A DNA stretch of 64,000 nucleotides from the NCBI GenBank assembly GCA_002633005.1, contig NMRA01000013.1, positions 1,091,001-1,155,000 of the forward strand. Direction: 5' to 3'. Source of the DNA: Phoronis australis (Eukaryota; Animalia; Phoronida). Under the pieces are notes generated by a model. It was not told where the DNA came from. It did no database searches and saw only the letters and a list, made by a program, of their open reading frames with translations. The translations under genes were made by a program, and so were the position numbers. Positions within the stretch are counted from its first letter, which is position 1, and each line of letters opens with the position of its first letter. Below are positions 23,015-36,700 of the stretch, piece after piece.

Positions 23015-24014
23015 CTAAAATAGAGTAAACAGAACAAATTTAGCCCATTTCTACCGCAGGGCAAACGTAACGAGACTGTTATATATTCTTGTTCCAACGA
23101 TTCAATTTCTAATGACAGCAACAAAACCAATCCTGTCATAGAACAACCAGCCATAATTTTGACTCAAAATTATATGTCTTGTCAAGCGCTGTCAGATTTC
23201 CGTAAATTCTTCGTCTTCAGTTTCTGCTAATTGGAAAATAATTGCCCGATTGTTGAATTAGACTTCCCTAGCGAGCATACTCACTCACGTGATAAGTATG
23301 TTAAGTTGATAGTTCCTATGCATTTCTGTGCGAAATAATACATTTGGTTGACTTGTTATGAACTAATTAATGGTTGAATTTACGTGTGAGCAAGAATTGG
23401 AAATTTTTCCGTAACAAACGGAGTCTAACTTTGCCACGCAAATATAAAGCAGTAGTAATTTTTCAAATCTTTTGAAATATTAAAAATACAGTAACAATGA
23501 TATAATAGCAAATAGAACACTGGTAGATGAAAAAACCGGGATAACACGAAAAGGTCTAATGACTTATTTATTTATATTACACGTTTTCGGCAGGCTCAGC
23601 GGTGCTTCGTACGAGCAACTCGTAATCTCCATTTTTCGAGTTTTTGAACAAAAATTTCACGTGTTTACTTGTTGTTCATGGAAAGTACCTGAAATTTGAA
23701 ATAAACGCCACTTCACATAGTTGATTTCTTCTCGTGTAATCAGCAGAGTTATTACTTTCCAAGTCAAATAACAGATCATTCCAGGAGACCACTGGCCTTT
23801 ATCTGAGATACCTCCTGGGCTTGTTTCCAAGTCATGATTGCAAATGATATGGTTTCAATCAGTCTATTCCTTAGACAATTTGCATTATCAGAATCTTTGC
23901 GGGAAGATTGTAGTCCTGAACAGATGTACACTATACTGAGATCTAATGGAGCTCTAGTCTTAAATGAGGTGACAAAATATGTTCTTGGCGATGAAACCTG
24001 GTCTTGAAGATCAC

Positions 24015-24137
24015 GTTTGTTGGTAGAAGCTTAGATGCATAATCGTTTTGTTATCTCTGTGGCAGATGCTTCAGTAGTTTGTTGGCAGAAGCTTAGATGA
24101 ATAATCGTTTTTTATCTCTGTGGCAGATGCGTCAGTA
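24015..24137. repeat. Tandem duplication, ~62-bp unit x2
   Basis: gtttgttgg.agaagcttagatg.ataatcgtttt..tatctctgtggcagatgc.tcagta starts at 24015 and at 24077. Confidence 0.9.
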
Positions 24138-24167
24138 TTCACTAGTGAGATAACAATTTGACGGGAA

Positions 24168-24238
24168 ACCGAGGCCGGATTCGAACCCGGGCCTCAAAGT
24201 TTCGAGTCGCTTACTTTACCGCCACACCACTGACGTCA
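24168..24238 (-). mobile_element. tRNA-like (SINE-type) head, related to 3202-3270
   Basis: Reverse complement tgacgtcagtggtgtggcggtaaag...cccgggttcgaatccgg, with box A and box B. Confidence 0.6.
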
Positions 24239-24436
24239 TCGAACGTGAAATAGGAATACTTAAATGAGCACGCGCAACAATCGCATGTTCTGCAAAGGGC
24301 ATTGCACCGACATTTATACGCTGTGAAAAATAAGACGCATAATTTCCATAAAAGCAGGAAGAGATAACCAGGAAGGGACAACTGTTTTAGCGCATTTTAA
24401 CGTGTTTTCAAAAGTGATTTCAAAAGCAAATGTTAA

Positions 24437-25271
24437 AGGTGTCAGGAATCCAAGCATTGTGTTTGAAAGCTTGACTCTTTAGCTATAAAATGACACCACT
24501 TTGGTCCCCAAAGACTGCATATTATTGGCACTGGGATGCTTTGAACATGACTTGTTTTACCCTTCCAAAAGATGCCTCTTCCCAGGCATGTACTCGGGCA
24601 TGATCCTCTTTTTTGAACCAACAGATGTCACTAATATATGCAAATGAGGCTCGCATGTTCTACGTCATATGACGTCATACGACGCGAACTTCCAATATTT
24701 GAACCCTCAGGTGCCTATAGTGAATAACTTGAAACGAAGTTCTACCTGATTGGGCAGATCCTAGGGCAGATCTAAGAAAATTAAGAACTCACACAAGTCA
24801 ATGTTCAAAGAACATTGAATGGTTTCACAAGAAAATACATTTAATTGTATTTGGATACGTTTGCATGTGTGAAAGCGTGGACTTTGTCATTTTGCTTAAA
24901 TCCAGATTTAGAAGCAGGTGTTAGTCAAGCTAATTAGCTGCTCCCGCCACAGTGGCCGGTGTCGTGGCGTACGAGTCGCCGGGAAGTCTGATCCATGCAT
25001 GCGCAATTCGACGTACTAATGCTAGTCGCTGGTCAGCTCCGCTATGATTCATTTGAGACGTGCGGCTTAACTCGAACCTAGGCTGGCTCCAAGGTCGCTT
25101 TGTTTGACCCAGTTTCGGGAAAAGTTCATTTTAATACGGTCATTTCCTGGTGATTTTAAGTTTTGAAAGATTTAAATTACGAAAAGCTGTAATTAAGTGA
25201 AAAATATGTTTGGGATAATCAACATACCTTCTTTTTGCTAACAGTGACATGAAAAAAGGTTGCCTTCGCCT
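24437..25271. mobile_element. Kolobok-type non-autonomous element nested in 24355-27771
   Basis: Right end gacatgaaaaaaggttgccttcgcct|ttaa and ~100 bp inward match the terminus of 46912-48743. The left end ttaa|aggtg is only weakly complementary, so the left boundary is uncertain. Confidence 0.6.
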
Positions 25272-25849
25272 TTAATTTGCAGTATGCACGGGAATGTCAA
25301 GCAAACGATTCGGTTTAGAAGAACCTAAATTCATTGCACAATACTACTACAAGCATCAAGGAAATGCAAAGACAATCTTTCCAAATTCATGAGCAATGAC
25401 TTGAACTTCTTTTTCGATCTACGATGTGTAAATTTTTGAATTTCTTTAGTCTAGTTATTTATTCAATACATTCATGAATATCCCTGTTATCGTTTAGTGT
25501 CCTTCTTTGAGATATGGTGGTCTGATGATGGATCGAATTTTTGCAAGTCAGCCTTCAGCCTTCAAAGTTCAGTGACGCATCGCCATTTCTTACAAGACAG
25601 CTTCTGTGCTGTGCACGAATGTTTTGTGTTTTTGGTGAATTTGGAATCTCAACTTCCCCTCGTGAGTAGTTGGCAGTGTCATGTCGGAGGTGTATAGAGG
25701 GCGCAGCACTGAAAAAAGTGGGGGCTAAAGCCCCCTCAGCCCCCCTGTAGTGCACCGCTTATGTACCACTGAAAAACTTTTGCTTTACAAATTTTCTCGA
25801 ATTTTCGAAATACATGAATGAATGATTAATTGCACATTTTCAAGAGCGC

Positions 25850-26960
25850 TTAGACGACCTATGCTGCAAGAACGGAGACCCTAACAACAATTGTCCTGGC
25901 CAGGGCCCTCAAATGGTAAACCATACATTGATACCGAGTTGTTAAAGTTCTCTTGAGTTTTCTCTCTGATCAGTATTCGAAGTCTTTGTTTTTTGTCTTT
26001 CACCAGCCCCACACCTTTGTCGGTGGTCATGGTTTAACCCTGAGGCATGCAATTTTTTGGGGGTGGCACTCGCCCTTTGGTCCAAGGTCAATGTTGTGTT
26101 TCAACACGTACTCGTTGTAGAGCTTGAGCATTAAATTAAAGGTTTAAGAAATACAGGAGCAGTTTTGCGCATTTAATTGTGCGTATAAAAGGGTTTATGG
26201 ATTCGTACTGAATTTGTTGCTGCAACTGGTCTCATGGGTCTGTACCCGGCAAGTGACTACAAATGTGGACACTAGTTCGGCTTATTGCGCAAGTCGACTG
26301 AAGCAAGGTGGCCAGTGAAATTGTAAGGCAGCACCAGGCCAGTGGGCATGTGTGACAACTCGGATTTCTAGTCTCTTATTATGAAAACCATTGAAGGTAA
26401 TTATCAGCACCTGCAAACAAGAATTTTGAAGTATGGAGAATTTCAACAGGAGTTAGGTGTAGACTTAGTCGCGAAGCTGCCGACATTCCAGCCACGGTTA
26501 CTGCCTGTCCTTCGAAGCAATTATAGCACATAATTATATACGATTTTTTAAGAATGGCAAGGGTGCGTTTTGTGTTGACGGAAATGTCCAAAGCGTCGAG
26601 AAATCTGATGCATTTAATGATGAACAACTGTTGTAGCTTAATTTGGAAAAACACCTAGCAAAACTAACTTCCAGGTATGCATACTGTGGCGGAATTAAGA
26701 AGAAATATGATTATGGCAGTGCTAATTGTAGCAGACCCACAAAGTGTGCTAAAAGGGTAGAAAATTAGGCATAAAATTTCTGTAGCAGTTATAAGGTTGA
26801 TTGGCGCAGGAGAAGGCCGATGTCTTCAATGCTCAGAAAAAATTCGGCAGGCAAGAGACTTGCCAAGAAAATGGCACAGTTGAGTCCGGGCATTCTAAAG
26901 GAAAGAACTGCAGTCAATTCCAGTTATTCGGTGGAACTTCTCTCACCCGACGGCGTTGTT
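25850..26960 (-). pseudogene. Highly decayed transposase remnant, Kolobok-like
   Basis: Ordered minus-strand peptides in shifting frames: LECPDSTVPFSWQ, CIRFLDALDISVNT, VVTHAHW, KHNIDLGPKGECH, TQENFNNSVSMY, LARTIVV. They resemble Kolobok transposase blocks as recalled. No search was run. Confidence 0.4.
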
Positions 26961-28195
26961 TCACGATACCGCAACCTCAAACAACGTCAAAGAAACGAAA
27001 CGCGGACGGTGAGATATTATAGAGTATTAATATTTACTCTTGGATACAGGTGCACACCTCAAAATTAATTTCCCACGGTCATTCTTTATGCCGATAGCAA
27101 TGTTTTCGTCAACTGAAGAAGAACAGGAATCATAGACATCCCGCGCGCTCCGTCTATGGTTCTGACACTTCAAAATTTTGTCAACACGATAGGTAGCCGC
27201 CTAAAGTTCGATGTTGACCTCATTCTAATTTTTTCTGCAATCCACAGTCAGGGGACAAAAACAATTCAAAGTCCGCTCCTCGAAATAGGGCTTGCTTAGC
27301 TGGAATTCAGAACTGCGGTCATGAGAGTGTTTTCACCTCCTGATTGCGAAGCGATCGAGTGGTATCTTCATCAGCGCGTGCTCTCAGCGGGAGGTCACCG
27401 CTTTATCCACTCAAGCACTCGACAACAACTGACGAGAGTCTTAGAACTCCCACATGCAAATTTGATATGCAAATGAGGGAGTACTTGACTACTGCGCCAT
27501 CTATACATCGACGGAAAAGCTTAAATACCCGTGACTGCGTGTGGGAAATTGCGATTCCGTGCGCTGAAGTCGATATTTTCAAAGTACAATAACACCACTG
27601 TTTAAGGTTGCAAAGTGCGTTTTTTGATATCCTTCTATAGAAAAAGCTTTAATCTCTCTGATAAAATCATCTGTTTCCTTTTAAACGAAACTTAAGTCCT
27701 GAAATTAGTCCGGGGAAGGAGGCCAAAAACGGCGGTTTAGCTAGTTGTCCCTTCCTGGTTATCTCTTCCTGATAAAAGTGATATTTTAATTCAGTGAAAT
27801 TTTTCTCTCGTGTTCTCTCACTTGTAAATCACCGATCTCCAATTTGAATGCGGGTATCGTGTCGTAGGGATCCTTTGACTTGAGCATTATAGTCAGTTAC
27901 TAGTGGTAACCTACTTTAGCGATACTTTCCCGGTCGAGGCTTAGCGTGATAAAATGTGTAGTAAGCTATAATAGTTGCTAAACCTTAATTTATAGATTCA
28001 CTTTATTTCTATTTTGTTTAAATTTTCAATTGGTTTTGAGTATAAGCATTATTTGACAAAAATAGCTCGGCTTTTCTTAAACGGTCACGACCTCCGACCC
28101 CGGGCCTCTGACATAGAAAGTAGTTACAAAGCCGAGGTGAGTCGAGAAAGGTAGATCGATTCATTGCAATGTTTCTCGTTCAGTATGTGGTGTAA

Positions 28196-28358
28196 ATAGA
28201 TTATTACATGTTCTCAGTCGTTCCCCCCTTATCTAGAGCCCTCGTGGATTTTGTAGAATTATCACCCTGGTGGCTGACGCCCCTCGGGCGATAATTCTCC
28301 AAAATCCACCCGGGCTCTAGATAACGGGGGATAACGACTTCGCCATGTAATAATCTAT
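28196..28358. mobile_element. Palindromic (hairpin) MITE-like element
   Basis: atagattattacatg..ttatctagagccc..gtggattttg.agaattatc mirrored by gataattct.caaaatccac..gggctctagataa..catgtaataatctat. Arms ~75 bp with a short loop. Confidence 0.85.
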
Positions 28359-31300
28359 ATATATTACATGGGCGAAGCACAAAGTAGTGCAACGTAGAAA
28401 TGCATAAGCCTTACATTTTATCGTCTGCAAAACGCTTAGGCCTATACCAACAACGAAACGCGCGGCAACCAAACAATGCCGGAATTCCGTGAAGGTGACA
28501 AGGTTATGATTGACAAATCGGTTGTCGGAAGGACATGTAAACAACTTCTTAAACGGACTCATCTTCGGCAGCGAATTCCATATCCACATTTATTCAAACG
28601 GAGACGAGCCTCAACTCAAGAAACGCGGTCTGACTGCTATTTATAATCATTTGTTAAGTTTTAATGTTACAACTTTAAACACCATTTATTATATTATAAC
28701 TTGAATATTGTTACGAAAGCTGAATGCAATATACAATTGTTAAGTTTAAAATAAAACTATTAACAAATTTTACATTGCGCAAGCATATTTTTTAAACAAG
28801 TGGCGTCATTTGGTTGAAAGTTTTAAACACGTCGAGTTTTTCGGCAAAAAAGATCGTTTTTACGGCAAGTCTGGGGATTTTGACGAACTTTCCAAGAGGT
28901 TTTGCCCATGTCATAAACCTGAGACGAGTGTACTATTCTCTATATAAATGTTCAATCAGTCTATTCTTGAGCTAAGAAACAAAATCGGAGGTTCATTGAC
29001 CGCCTTTCCCGTTTACCAAGAGCGCGAGATCACCCAAAGAAATGCAAGTGGACAATTGGGGGTTACCAACTCTTTCCCTTCCATTGCCAGCTTTTCAGTG
29101 CTAAATGCTTCAAGGCACGCGTAGTAAGTGCATTACGAAATAAATTATTTAAGTATTAAATTATTTTATGTAAGCTATACTGCTTCGTCCTCATTATCAT
29201 ATTGTTTGGATTCGCGGGTAAGTGACCCTCTTTGTTCTACGATTATTGATTAAATTGTACCACGTGATCTCTTTATCTTGTCGCAACACTGTGCCATCAT
29301 CCACAATTCTCTCCAAATTTCAGTTTTCACTCAATTTCTCTTTGAAGTTTCAGCACTGCTCTCCGTCTCTTCACCTCATTAAGGTATTGTACCTTGTTTC
29401 TTGCTTCGTTCTGGACATTCCAATGCCAAGACTTGAACAGCAAAACTCATCATGATTACCCAGCCGCCCAAGTTGAGTTGGTGTACGTATAACTGGCAAC
29501 AGGTCAAGGAATTTTTATATTTACGTATCTATGGTCCCCATTATGAGATAATGAAGGCTGTTTAGAGTTTTGTTCGGAAGGTATGAACGTAACGGAATAA
29601 AGACTGTCCACAATGGAAAGTGTTGTGCGTTTATCAATTCTGTATATCCGAAAACCATTTTTCGCGAAACAGTTCAGAGCTGGTAAACCGTGTTGTACTC
29701 TAGCATAGAATAATCGGCACTCATCTTGAATTCGTACAAAGGTAGAACGGAAAATGTCAAAAATAATTTCGAATGCGATTTCTAGTACAACGATTGGACT
29801 CCGGGCCCTGATGTCTTATCTACTTTCGTATACAAAAGTCGACATATGTCCGCTGCGTAAAATTTGTTCATATACAAACCCGTCTGCGCTTATAAGTGAC
29901 GTAAAGATGCACCAATTTAAATGCAAAATAACTAAGCAAAACTTGTATGAAAAACCGCTATGTTTCGGATAAAGCAGTTGTTTAAATTCGGACGTTTACG
30001 ATTATACAGTAGTGTACAGATCATCGTTTCGTCAATCCTATCGATTTGCATATCATTTTGAGTATCGGCATATAGACGAATAATTTAAAACAAAAGGTGA
30101 AAACTTAATTGCAAATGCCATTAATGTATGAGTGCGTCGTTCACTAATGTAGTCCTCGCATTACTGTTTACATATATCTTGGAACTCTAGTATTTTCTGG
30201 CTAAAAGCCGCTGCTCAACTACGGCTCTGATTACAACCCAATAACCGTGCACATTTATTATATTTGTTTATTACTCATTTCTCCATTTGATACTCATTGT
30301 CTACAAATATTTGTTTGTGGTGCAATCATTAACAGCTATGTGCAAACCAAGTGCTTGATTAAGCTTACTGTTTTCATTGTTAAGTTCGTCATGAGGGACA
30401 GATTTGACGCAGTTAATTGAATTGTGACATTTACATGCGATCCAAACACAAACTGTGACACTGTGTGCTTGGGACTTTAAATATATAAAGTGTCGTTACT
30501 GCTGGATCGAATTATCGCAAGGCTTAGTTATAATGAGGAGGGTATTAGCGCTCAGGTAACTTGACACATGAGCGACGTCTTACCTCACCTTATAGGGTTA
30601 GTAGCAGATTTCTGCGATAACTTCTTCCAGCGTTAGACGTAGCGAACGGTCGCAAACCTGCCGATAAGACGGAAGTAATTATCAGCTACCGCATTATATG
30701 TGCCTACATTTTGGACAGTCGTTCTGCGCAGCTTTCTCTTGTCTCATCTCGTGGATATTTTGCTCGTTACTTTATCAAATCGCAATAGTCCATTCTTGGC
30801 ATTTAGCAACCACAAGACGGAGACATCATTACGGCGTTTTCCCGTTGCTCCCAACCTGTTCGATTCTATAGCCCAACAACAAGTTGGGAAGATGACCCCT
30901 GTAGCTAATATCTTACGCGACTGATTAACTCCATTCTGGCATTGTTGGTTGGAGGGCCGGCTCTCTTTTGTTCGATAATTGCTCTAATTAATCTCCAATA
31001 AGATCGTATCTAGGCTGACTGGGCTGTGCTGTTAAAAATAAAAGTTATAACATATTTGAATATAACCCAATAGCATTTCTGAAATCCTCGTCAAATGGTG
31101 ATCATGTTTAGTTTTTGAATCGCCAAAATTGCCCAACTACATCCGAAGTTACGACAATCTATTTTTTCCGAACGTACCAATTCGCTCTGAGTTTGACTGT
31201 GTTCACGCGTGGTCCAAGCTAGATCACACACGTTCACAACCCTCCACGTCAGGTAAAGTCCTGAACGGGAACACGCCGTCATGTGTCCGACATTTGACAT

Positions 31301-31729
31301 GAAAAAATAAAATAATCAACCGCTACTTTGCAAATCTCCTCATGCACAGAAAGATAATTTTCGTCGTGTCGCATGCCGGCCCGTAGCCAGGGGGGGGGGT
31401 TCGGGGGGTTCGATCGAACCCCCCGCGGAAAAGGTCCAGCCCCGACCTATCCGTTAAAGATGGGATATAGATGGACAACAACAACAAAATTGCTGCAGTT
31501 ACTGGTACTACTAACTACAATGATAAGTAAGTCACTAATAATTTTTAATTTAGTTCACGTAATTCTTCGGGCCGTATCCGGTCAACTTCGTCCGAATGGT
31601 GCTTGATGATAGGATCGTGCAGACGATTAGAGGAGGCTTTATGTTATTCATCGGCATTGAACGCGCGTGATGGCAACAACATAGGGCCGGTAACAAGGGA
31701 GTCTAGAAGTAAATGTCTATACCTAGATA

Positions 31730-31976
31730 CATGCGCGCACCCAGGGGGGCTCGAACGAGCCCCCCCCCCATTTGGCGATGTCGGCAAAAAGGTCCGCCTC
31801 AGACAAACGAAAAGTCCGAGAAAACGAGACAAAAGTCCACTCAAAAGGCATAAACGCACACAGCTCCGAACGTGGTGCCCCGTTTTTTATTTTTAGACTT
31901 CCAGCTTTTTGTTAGTAAAAGGTCCACATCGTCAGAAATTCGAGCCTCCCATAATACAGGCTGAGTGCGCGTATAG
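31730..31976. mobile_element. hAT-like MITE; second partial copy at ~33738-33948
   Basis: TIR catgcgcgcaccca / tg(a/g)gtgcgcg. Internal aaaaggtcc and aaaagtcc repeats are shared by both copies. Flanks cctagata / gctatata could be a degenerate 8-bp TSD. Confidence 0.65.
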
Positions 31977-32509
31977 GCTATATAGCAGCGAGAGAGCTCC
32001 TAAAAAGTAATGCCGTGTGAACGTCTTAAAATCGACCAAGAAACAAAATAGCAGAAAGTAGGTTTGTCTGCTATTTTTATAGTGGCAGAATACGGTAAAG
32101 TGCAGACGTTTTCGAATTTCCACTTTGGTTGTGGATTGGGTGAATGATATGCATACCGTGTACACATGTTTGCGTTTCCATTCTTTTAAATTCGGTACAC
32201 GCCGATGATAATTAAATTCACTATAGGCAGTTCTGCGTCCGTCGTTGGTCAAAAATCAAACATTTAACTACATGGGAGGCTCACCGTAGGGGGTTGGGGG
32301 GGGGGGGCTATAGTCCCCACTTTTTCAGTTCTGCATCCCCCATGAACTACCCGTATTTTGTTGCACTGAGAAAACCCCAACGAGCATGTTCATATTTTTG
32401 GGAAAAGTAGTTCTAGAACTAATAAAAACTTTGGTCAATGAAAAAAGTATTCTCTTGTCAATCAGTGCCGATGGCGCATAGCCTCGCAGGCGCCATACGA
32501 GCAAAACAC

Positions 32510-33365
32510 TTGATGGAAAAGATTTCCAAGGTTACATGTCACTATTCCGAAGGTTCATCACTCCAAAAGTCCACTACTCCGAAGTTACTGCGAAGGTTCG
32601 CTACCTTCGAAAGTTCACTACTTCGAATGTCCACAATTCCGAAACCAGAACTCCCGGCAGTTCATTACTCTTATTGTCTGCTAACGAGTTGGAACTGACA
32701 TGAGAAAAGTATTGCATTTGTGCCCATGTAGTAACCATTTAAAGGGTGTACAAAAGTTGAATAGTTCTTAAAACATTGATTACATTGTTTACAAATGAGC
32801 TCAATTCCAATCACTGCCAATCGTGAATCTTCAATCAAGCTAACGACTCAAGCAGGGACAACATCGGGTCAGGACTTCAGCGACCAATAGCGTCGGTTTT
32901 AAATTTAAGAAGACTGATTGGGACTTTCCGAGTTCGTGAAGATTGGCAGGGACAGGATAGCCTACAAACTACATTTTGACACGGCCATGCGCGTGTTCCG
33001 ATGGGTGAGTTTGAGGGGCAGCAGCCCTTAACTAGCTCAGTCACGCTGTGAAATGATGAGATCTTGCATGGATTTGATGAAAGTATCGTGGTTGATAATT
33101 CACCAAGATTCATACTTCATAATATATTTTTTAAAAATTGAAGTACGTACTCATTTTCCGTATTCGCATGAAATCCGGACGTTGTTTGAGCATAGGTACA
33201 CCACCTAGTGCATCTAATAACCGAAGTGTCGTTTAATTCTCCAGGTAAAAAGGGATATCTGATACACCCAAGTCCGAAATTTTAGATCTTTTCGGAGTAA
33301 TGAATCTTCGGAATAGTGAACCTTCAGAGTGGTGAACCTTTGGAATATTGGGTTGTTCCCGTTTC
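32510..33365. mobile_element. Foldback-type element with ~17-bp subterminal tandem repeats
   Basis: ggttcactattccgaa-like units at 32528-32645 and their reverse complement (ttcggaatagtgaacc) at 33290-33350. Confidence 0.6.
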
Positions 33366-33384
33366 CAGCGATGTAAGCAAGTTA

Positions 33385-33720
33385 AGTAACACACAAAATA
33401 CAACCAGATCAAAATATTCAAGTCGATCATGCTCCAATTAAATATTTCCGTCCGAGTATGTATTGAGGTGTAATCACTCATTTAAGCACGCCCGGTTTGA
33501 AAGTTTGGCACTGGTTAACGCGGGAACATTCACTTTCTGGACCACATTACATCCGAATTGGGTCCCACTCCTTGAGAGCAACCGTCAGGGCATCGTCATT
33601 TCTGGTATTACGAGGCCGTCTGATCTTGGGAACATAGACCTTAGAATCATCGTTGTGTACATAGATCCCCCCGGCCAGTTAAGCTGCATCAAGGGCCTTA
33701 CCGAAGACTCTACTGTGCCC
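33385..33720 (-). mobile_element. Interspersed repeat, possibly a LINE 3' end; partial copy at 63437-63597 on the plus strand
   Basis: Reverse complement shares gatgtaatgtggtc, ggcgtgcttaaatgagtgattacacctca and atctggttgtatttt with 63437-63597. The peptide VYVPKIRRPRNTRNDDAL is reminiscent of a LINE ORF2 tail. Confidence 0.5.
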
Positions 33721-36700
33721 ACGTCTCATGGGCGAAGTGGGCAAAAAAGGTCCGACCCTGAGAAACAAAAAGTCCGAGAGAATGAGACAAAAGTCCACTA
33801 AAGAAGCACAAACGCGAAATTCACAGTAGTGCGCCCGTTATTTTTTTATTTTTTATATTTCTTTTTAGTCGGCCCGTTTTATTGTTATCAAAAGGTCCAC
33901 AACGTCAGGAATTCGAGCCCCCCATATTAGAAGGTGGGTGCGCGCATGCTTTTGTAGACTATCAAAGGATCACCGTACTAGAAATTCGAACCACCCCCCG
34001 TGCAATGCTGGCTACGGGCCTGATGGTATCGAATATGTTGCCCACGGGCACTCAGGGGAGTGAAATCTGAAGTCTGGGATTGAATTTGTCTCTGCAATTA
34101 TCGTACCTAATCCAGCGTGACAAAATTACCCCCACGGCTCACTTGGCTTAGATTGATCACCTATCCATCCATTGCGTCATAAACAAATTACTGCAGTTCT
34201 CTGTTGAAATCGCGAATTTGAAAAACTTATGAACCTGTCAATTAAACAGGTAATCATAAGTTATCCTTGTTATTTTCCCACCCCTTTAATTTTTGTTTCG
34301 GTGAAACGTACATCACAAATCCTGCTTTCCGGCATTTGCGAAGGAATACCAAAAGCCAAAACAATATTGACCTTTTTAAGTAGCGACAGGAGGTCACGCT
34401 GAACTCGTGACATCAGTATATGAAATCTGTTAATTGTGCGATATTTTATTTATAGATCGTTCCTATTTGATTGTTTATTCTAGTAACGAATTTGGCAACA
34501 TCTTCCAACTTAAGTGGTCGCGGTTTGCAAGTTGCGGTGCGTTTAACCGGATTCAGTTCACGAAAGTCACGCGCTGACATTCCTGTATAGATCCTAACCA
34601 CCTCACTGTCGATGCCGATTGTGCGGTATGCCTCTCACGCAGGTTTGTTGGCAATATATAGTGATGACGCTCGGCAAGACGTTCTAGGGTAACTCGTGTG
34701 GACAGGACTTAAAGACTCCCACTATAGAATATTCTCCGGTGAGGTATCTGTAACCATGAACAGTTGGAATCAATCGGAATTCTGAATAAGTCTTTTTAAT
34801 GTGCAGCTTTTTACACACATCAAAAATTGATTCCAGTTTGAAAACAGCTGATTAATATCAAGCTTCAGGGTCTGCTTTATGTATGGAGACGGTCATATTT
34901 TAAACAATCACTGCCACACTGTTCCTTAAAATGATTATTGTCTGTGGTCGCAATGTGTGGGTATAACGAGGCAGTAATTTTTTTCGATAGCTGCAAGACT
35001 CCATTGCTATGCATTAGCACAGAGACAGGTTCACAATCGCAATTGGTTTTAACCAGTCGTATGACTTTTAAAAAATATTTGTTGCTAAATAACAAACAGT
35101 ACACAATAAATGAAGAATTTTTAGAACAGAAACCACATTCACGCACACATACATCCACCATTTGTTACAGACATTTTCATATTGTAAAAATTTAATGAAA
35201 CATTGAATATTTCGAATGGTTTGTCTTATTTTACAACAATACATATAAAGTTTTGAAAATTAATCGTTTCATTTTAAAACTTGCGATTCTTTATCTGCTG
35301 TATTTGCAAATAATACGACAGTCTTTGTGATAACTGCATAAATATTTTCTCTGGTCAACATTTGTCGTTGAACATTTAATGTAGGACTTTTGGCACAACG
35401 GGAACCACACTACCTTCTTCCATGGCGCCATCTCTGGAGAAACGTGGAAAGAGGAGGATCAAGAAGGTTCATGAGCTTAAGTGCGCATGCTTCGGTTTGG
35501 ACGTTTATTGTCGTAAACATAAGTTCACGGAATAGGGAATGAGCCGAAAAAGGATTGTGAAACACTTTGTTTACATTGTTATCTTAATAGAGTCACAAAA
35601 TATTGAATTTGTGTTGAGTACATATATTTGTGTTTTTCTTGCTGTAGCAGCCGCAAGCCACAAAAGTATTTTCCAATAGATGGATTGGTATACTTATTCA
35701 TTTCTCGGAATGTCCGAAACATGTTTAATTCTTCGATTGGGTGTTATTGTAGCCCAAAATTTTGCCTCAGATATTTTTAAACAGCACATGTTCAACTTTT
35801 TTCATAGGAGCAATCACTCTCTTGAAAGTCACCTGACTCGCCTTTCGAATGAAGTTTGCACATGCGCAGATATGAAACGTCTCTAAAAGGGAATAGTTGA
35901 GGCTTCAAAATTAGCCGATCGAGTTGTTCAGTGGCTCTGGGGAAGAGTGTAGTTCCACACTAGGGCACATATCAATTTCTAAGTTTGAAAATGAAACTTA
36001 TATTCCAAACCAAATGTGTGTTCAGTAGAATCACAGACCAGTGCTAACCCAGGGTTCGCACATTTTCATGCTCAAAACGATTTGGCGTTCACTCATAACG
36101 AATACAGTACGGAGTGGCAAGAACACCCAAGTCTTCGCGAGATAATGCCAAGCACGCTAAGCTTTCAGTCTCTAATATCTTGAGTAATGGAACGGTCACA
36201 TGACCTCATTTGGAAGAATCCAAATATTCATTGCTCAGTTATTACGTGACTGGTCACATATGTGCACCTCGAATTTTTTAAAGTGGCCCGATGTCGTGAA
36301 TTGGCGTATTTTGAAACTCCTAGAGTACAAAGTATACTTCTTGATGTACCTTCGGAAACAGAGGCCTGCAAACCAAAAATGTATCAGAGAGCGCTATCTA
36401 CATAAAACGAGGACCAAAACGTATAGTTAAAGAAATTCATGATACTAATGGTGTCGTTAGCTAAAGGTGGACATATTGACCATGGTTCAGAAAGTAGGCT
36501 CATGGTATTTTTGGGAAAAATTTCCCATAGGCGTACATTTAGGAGGGAGGGGGTGGGCTATTTGCGGAAACTCCAGGTAATTAAAGCAAACAGACAGTAG
36601 AAATACTAATTACCGACGCCAGGAAAAGGTTTTAGTATCCTGATAGACCAATGAAGTGTACAATCGAAAATAGTTGAAAGGTAACCTACTCTAGCGTGAA

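Larger units (their letters stand above)
24355..27771. mobile_element. DNA transposon with CA...TG termini, 29-bp perfect TIR and 7-bp TSD (P-superfamily-like ends)
   Basis: ataaaag|caggaagagataaccaggaagggacaact ... agttgtcccttcctggttatctcttcctg|ataaaag. Confidence 0.9.
31376..34022. mobile_element. Non-autonomous TIR element with nested insertions
   Basis: atg|ccggcccgtagccag ... ctggctacgggcctg|atg (15-bp TIR with 1 mismatch, possible 3-bp TSD). The left part recurs at 63615-63840. Confidence 0.7.
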
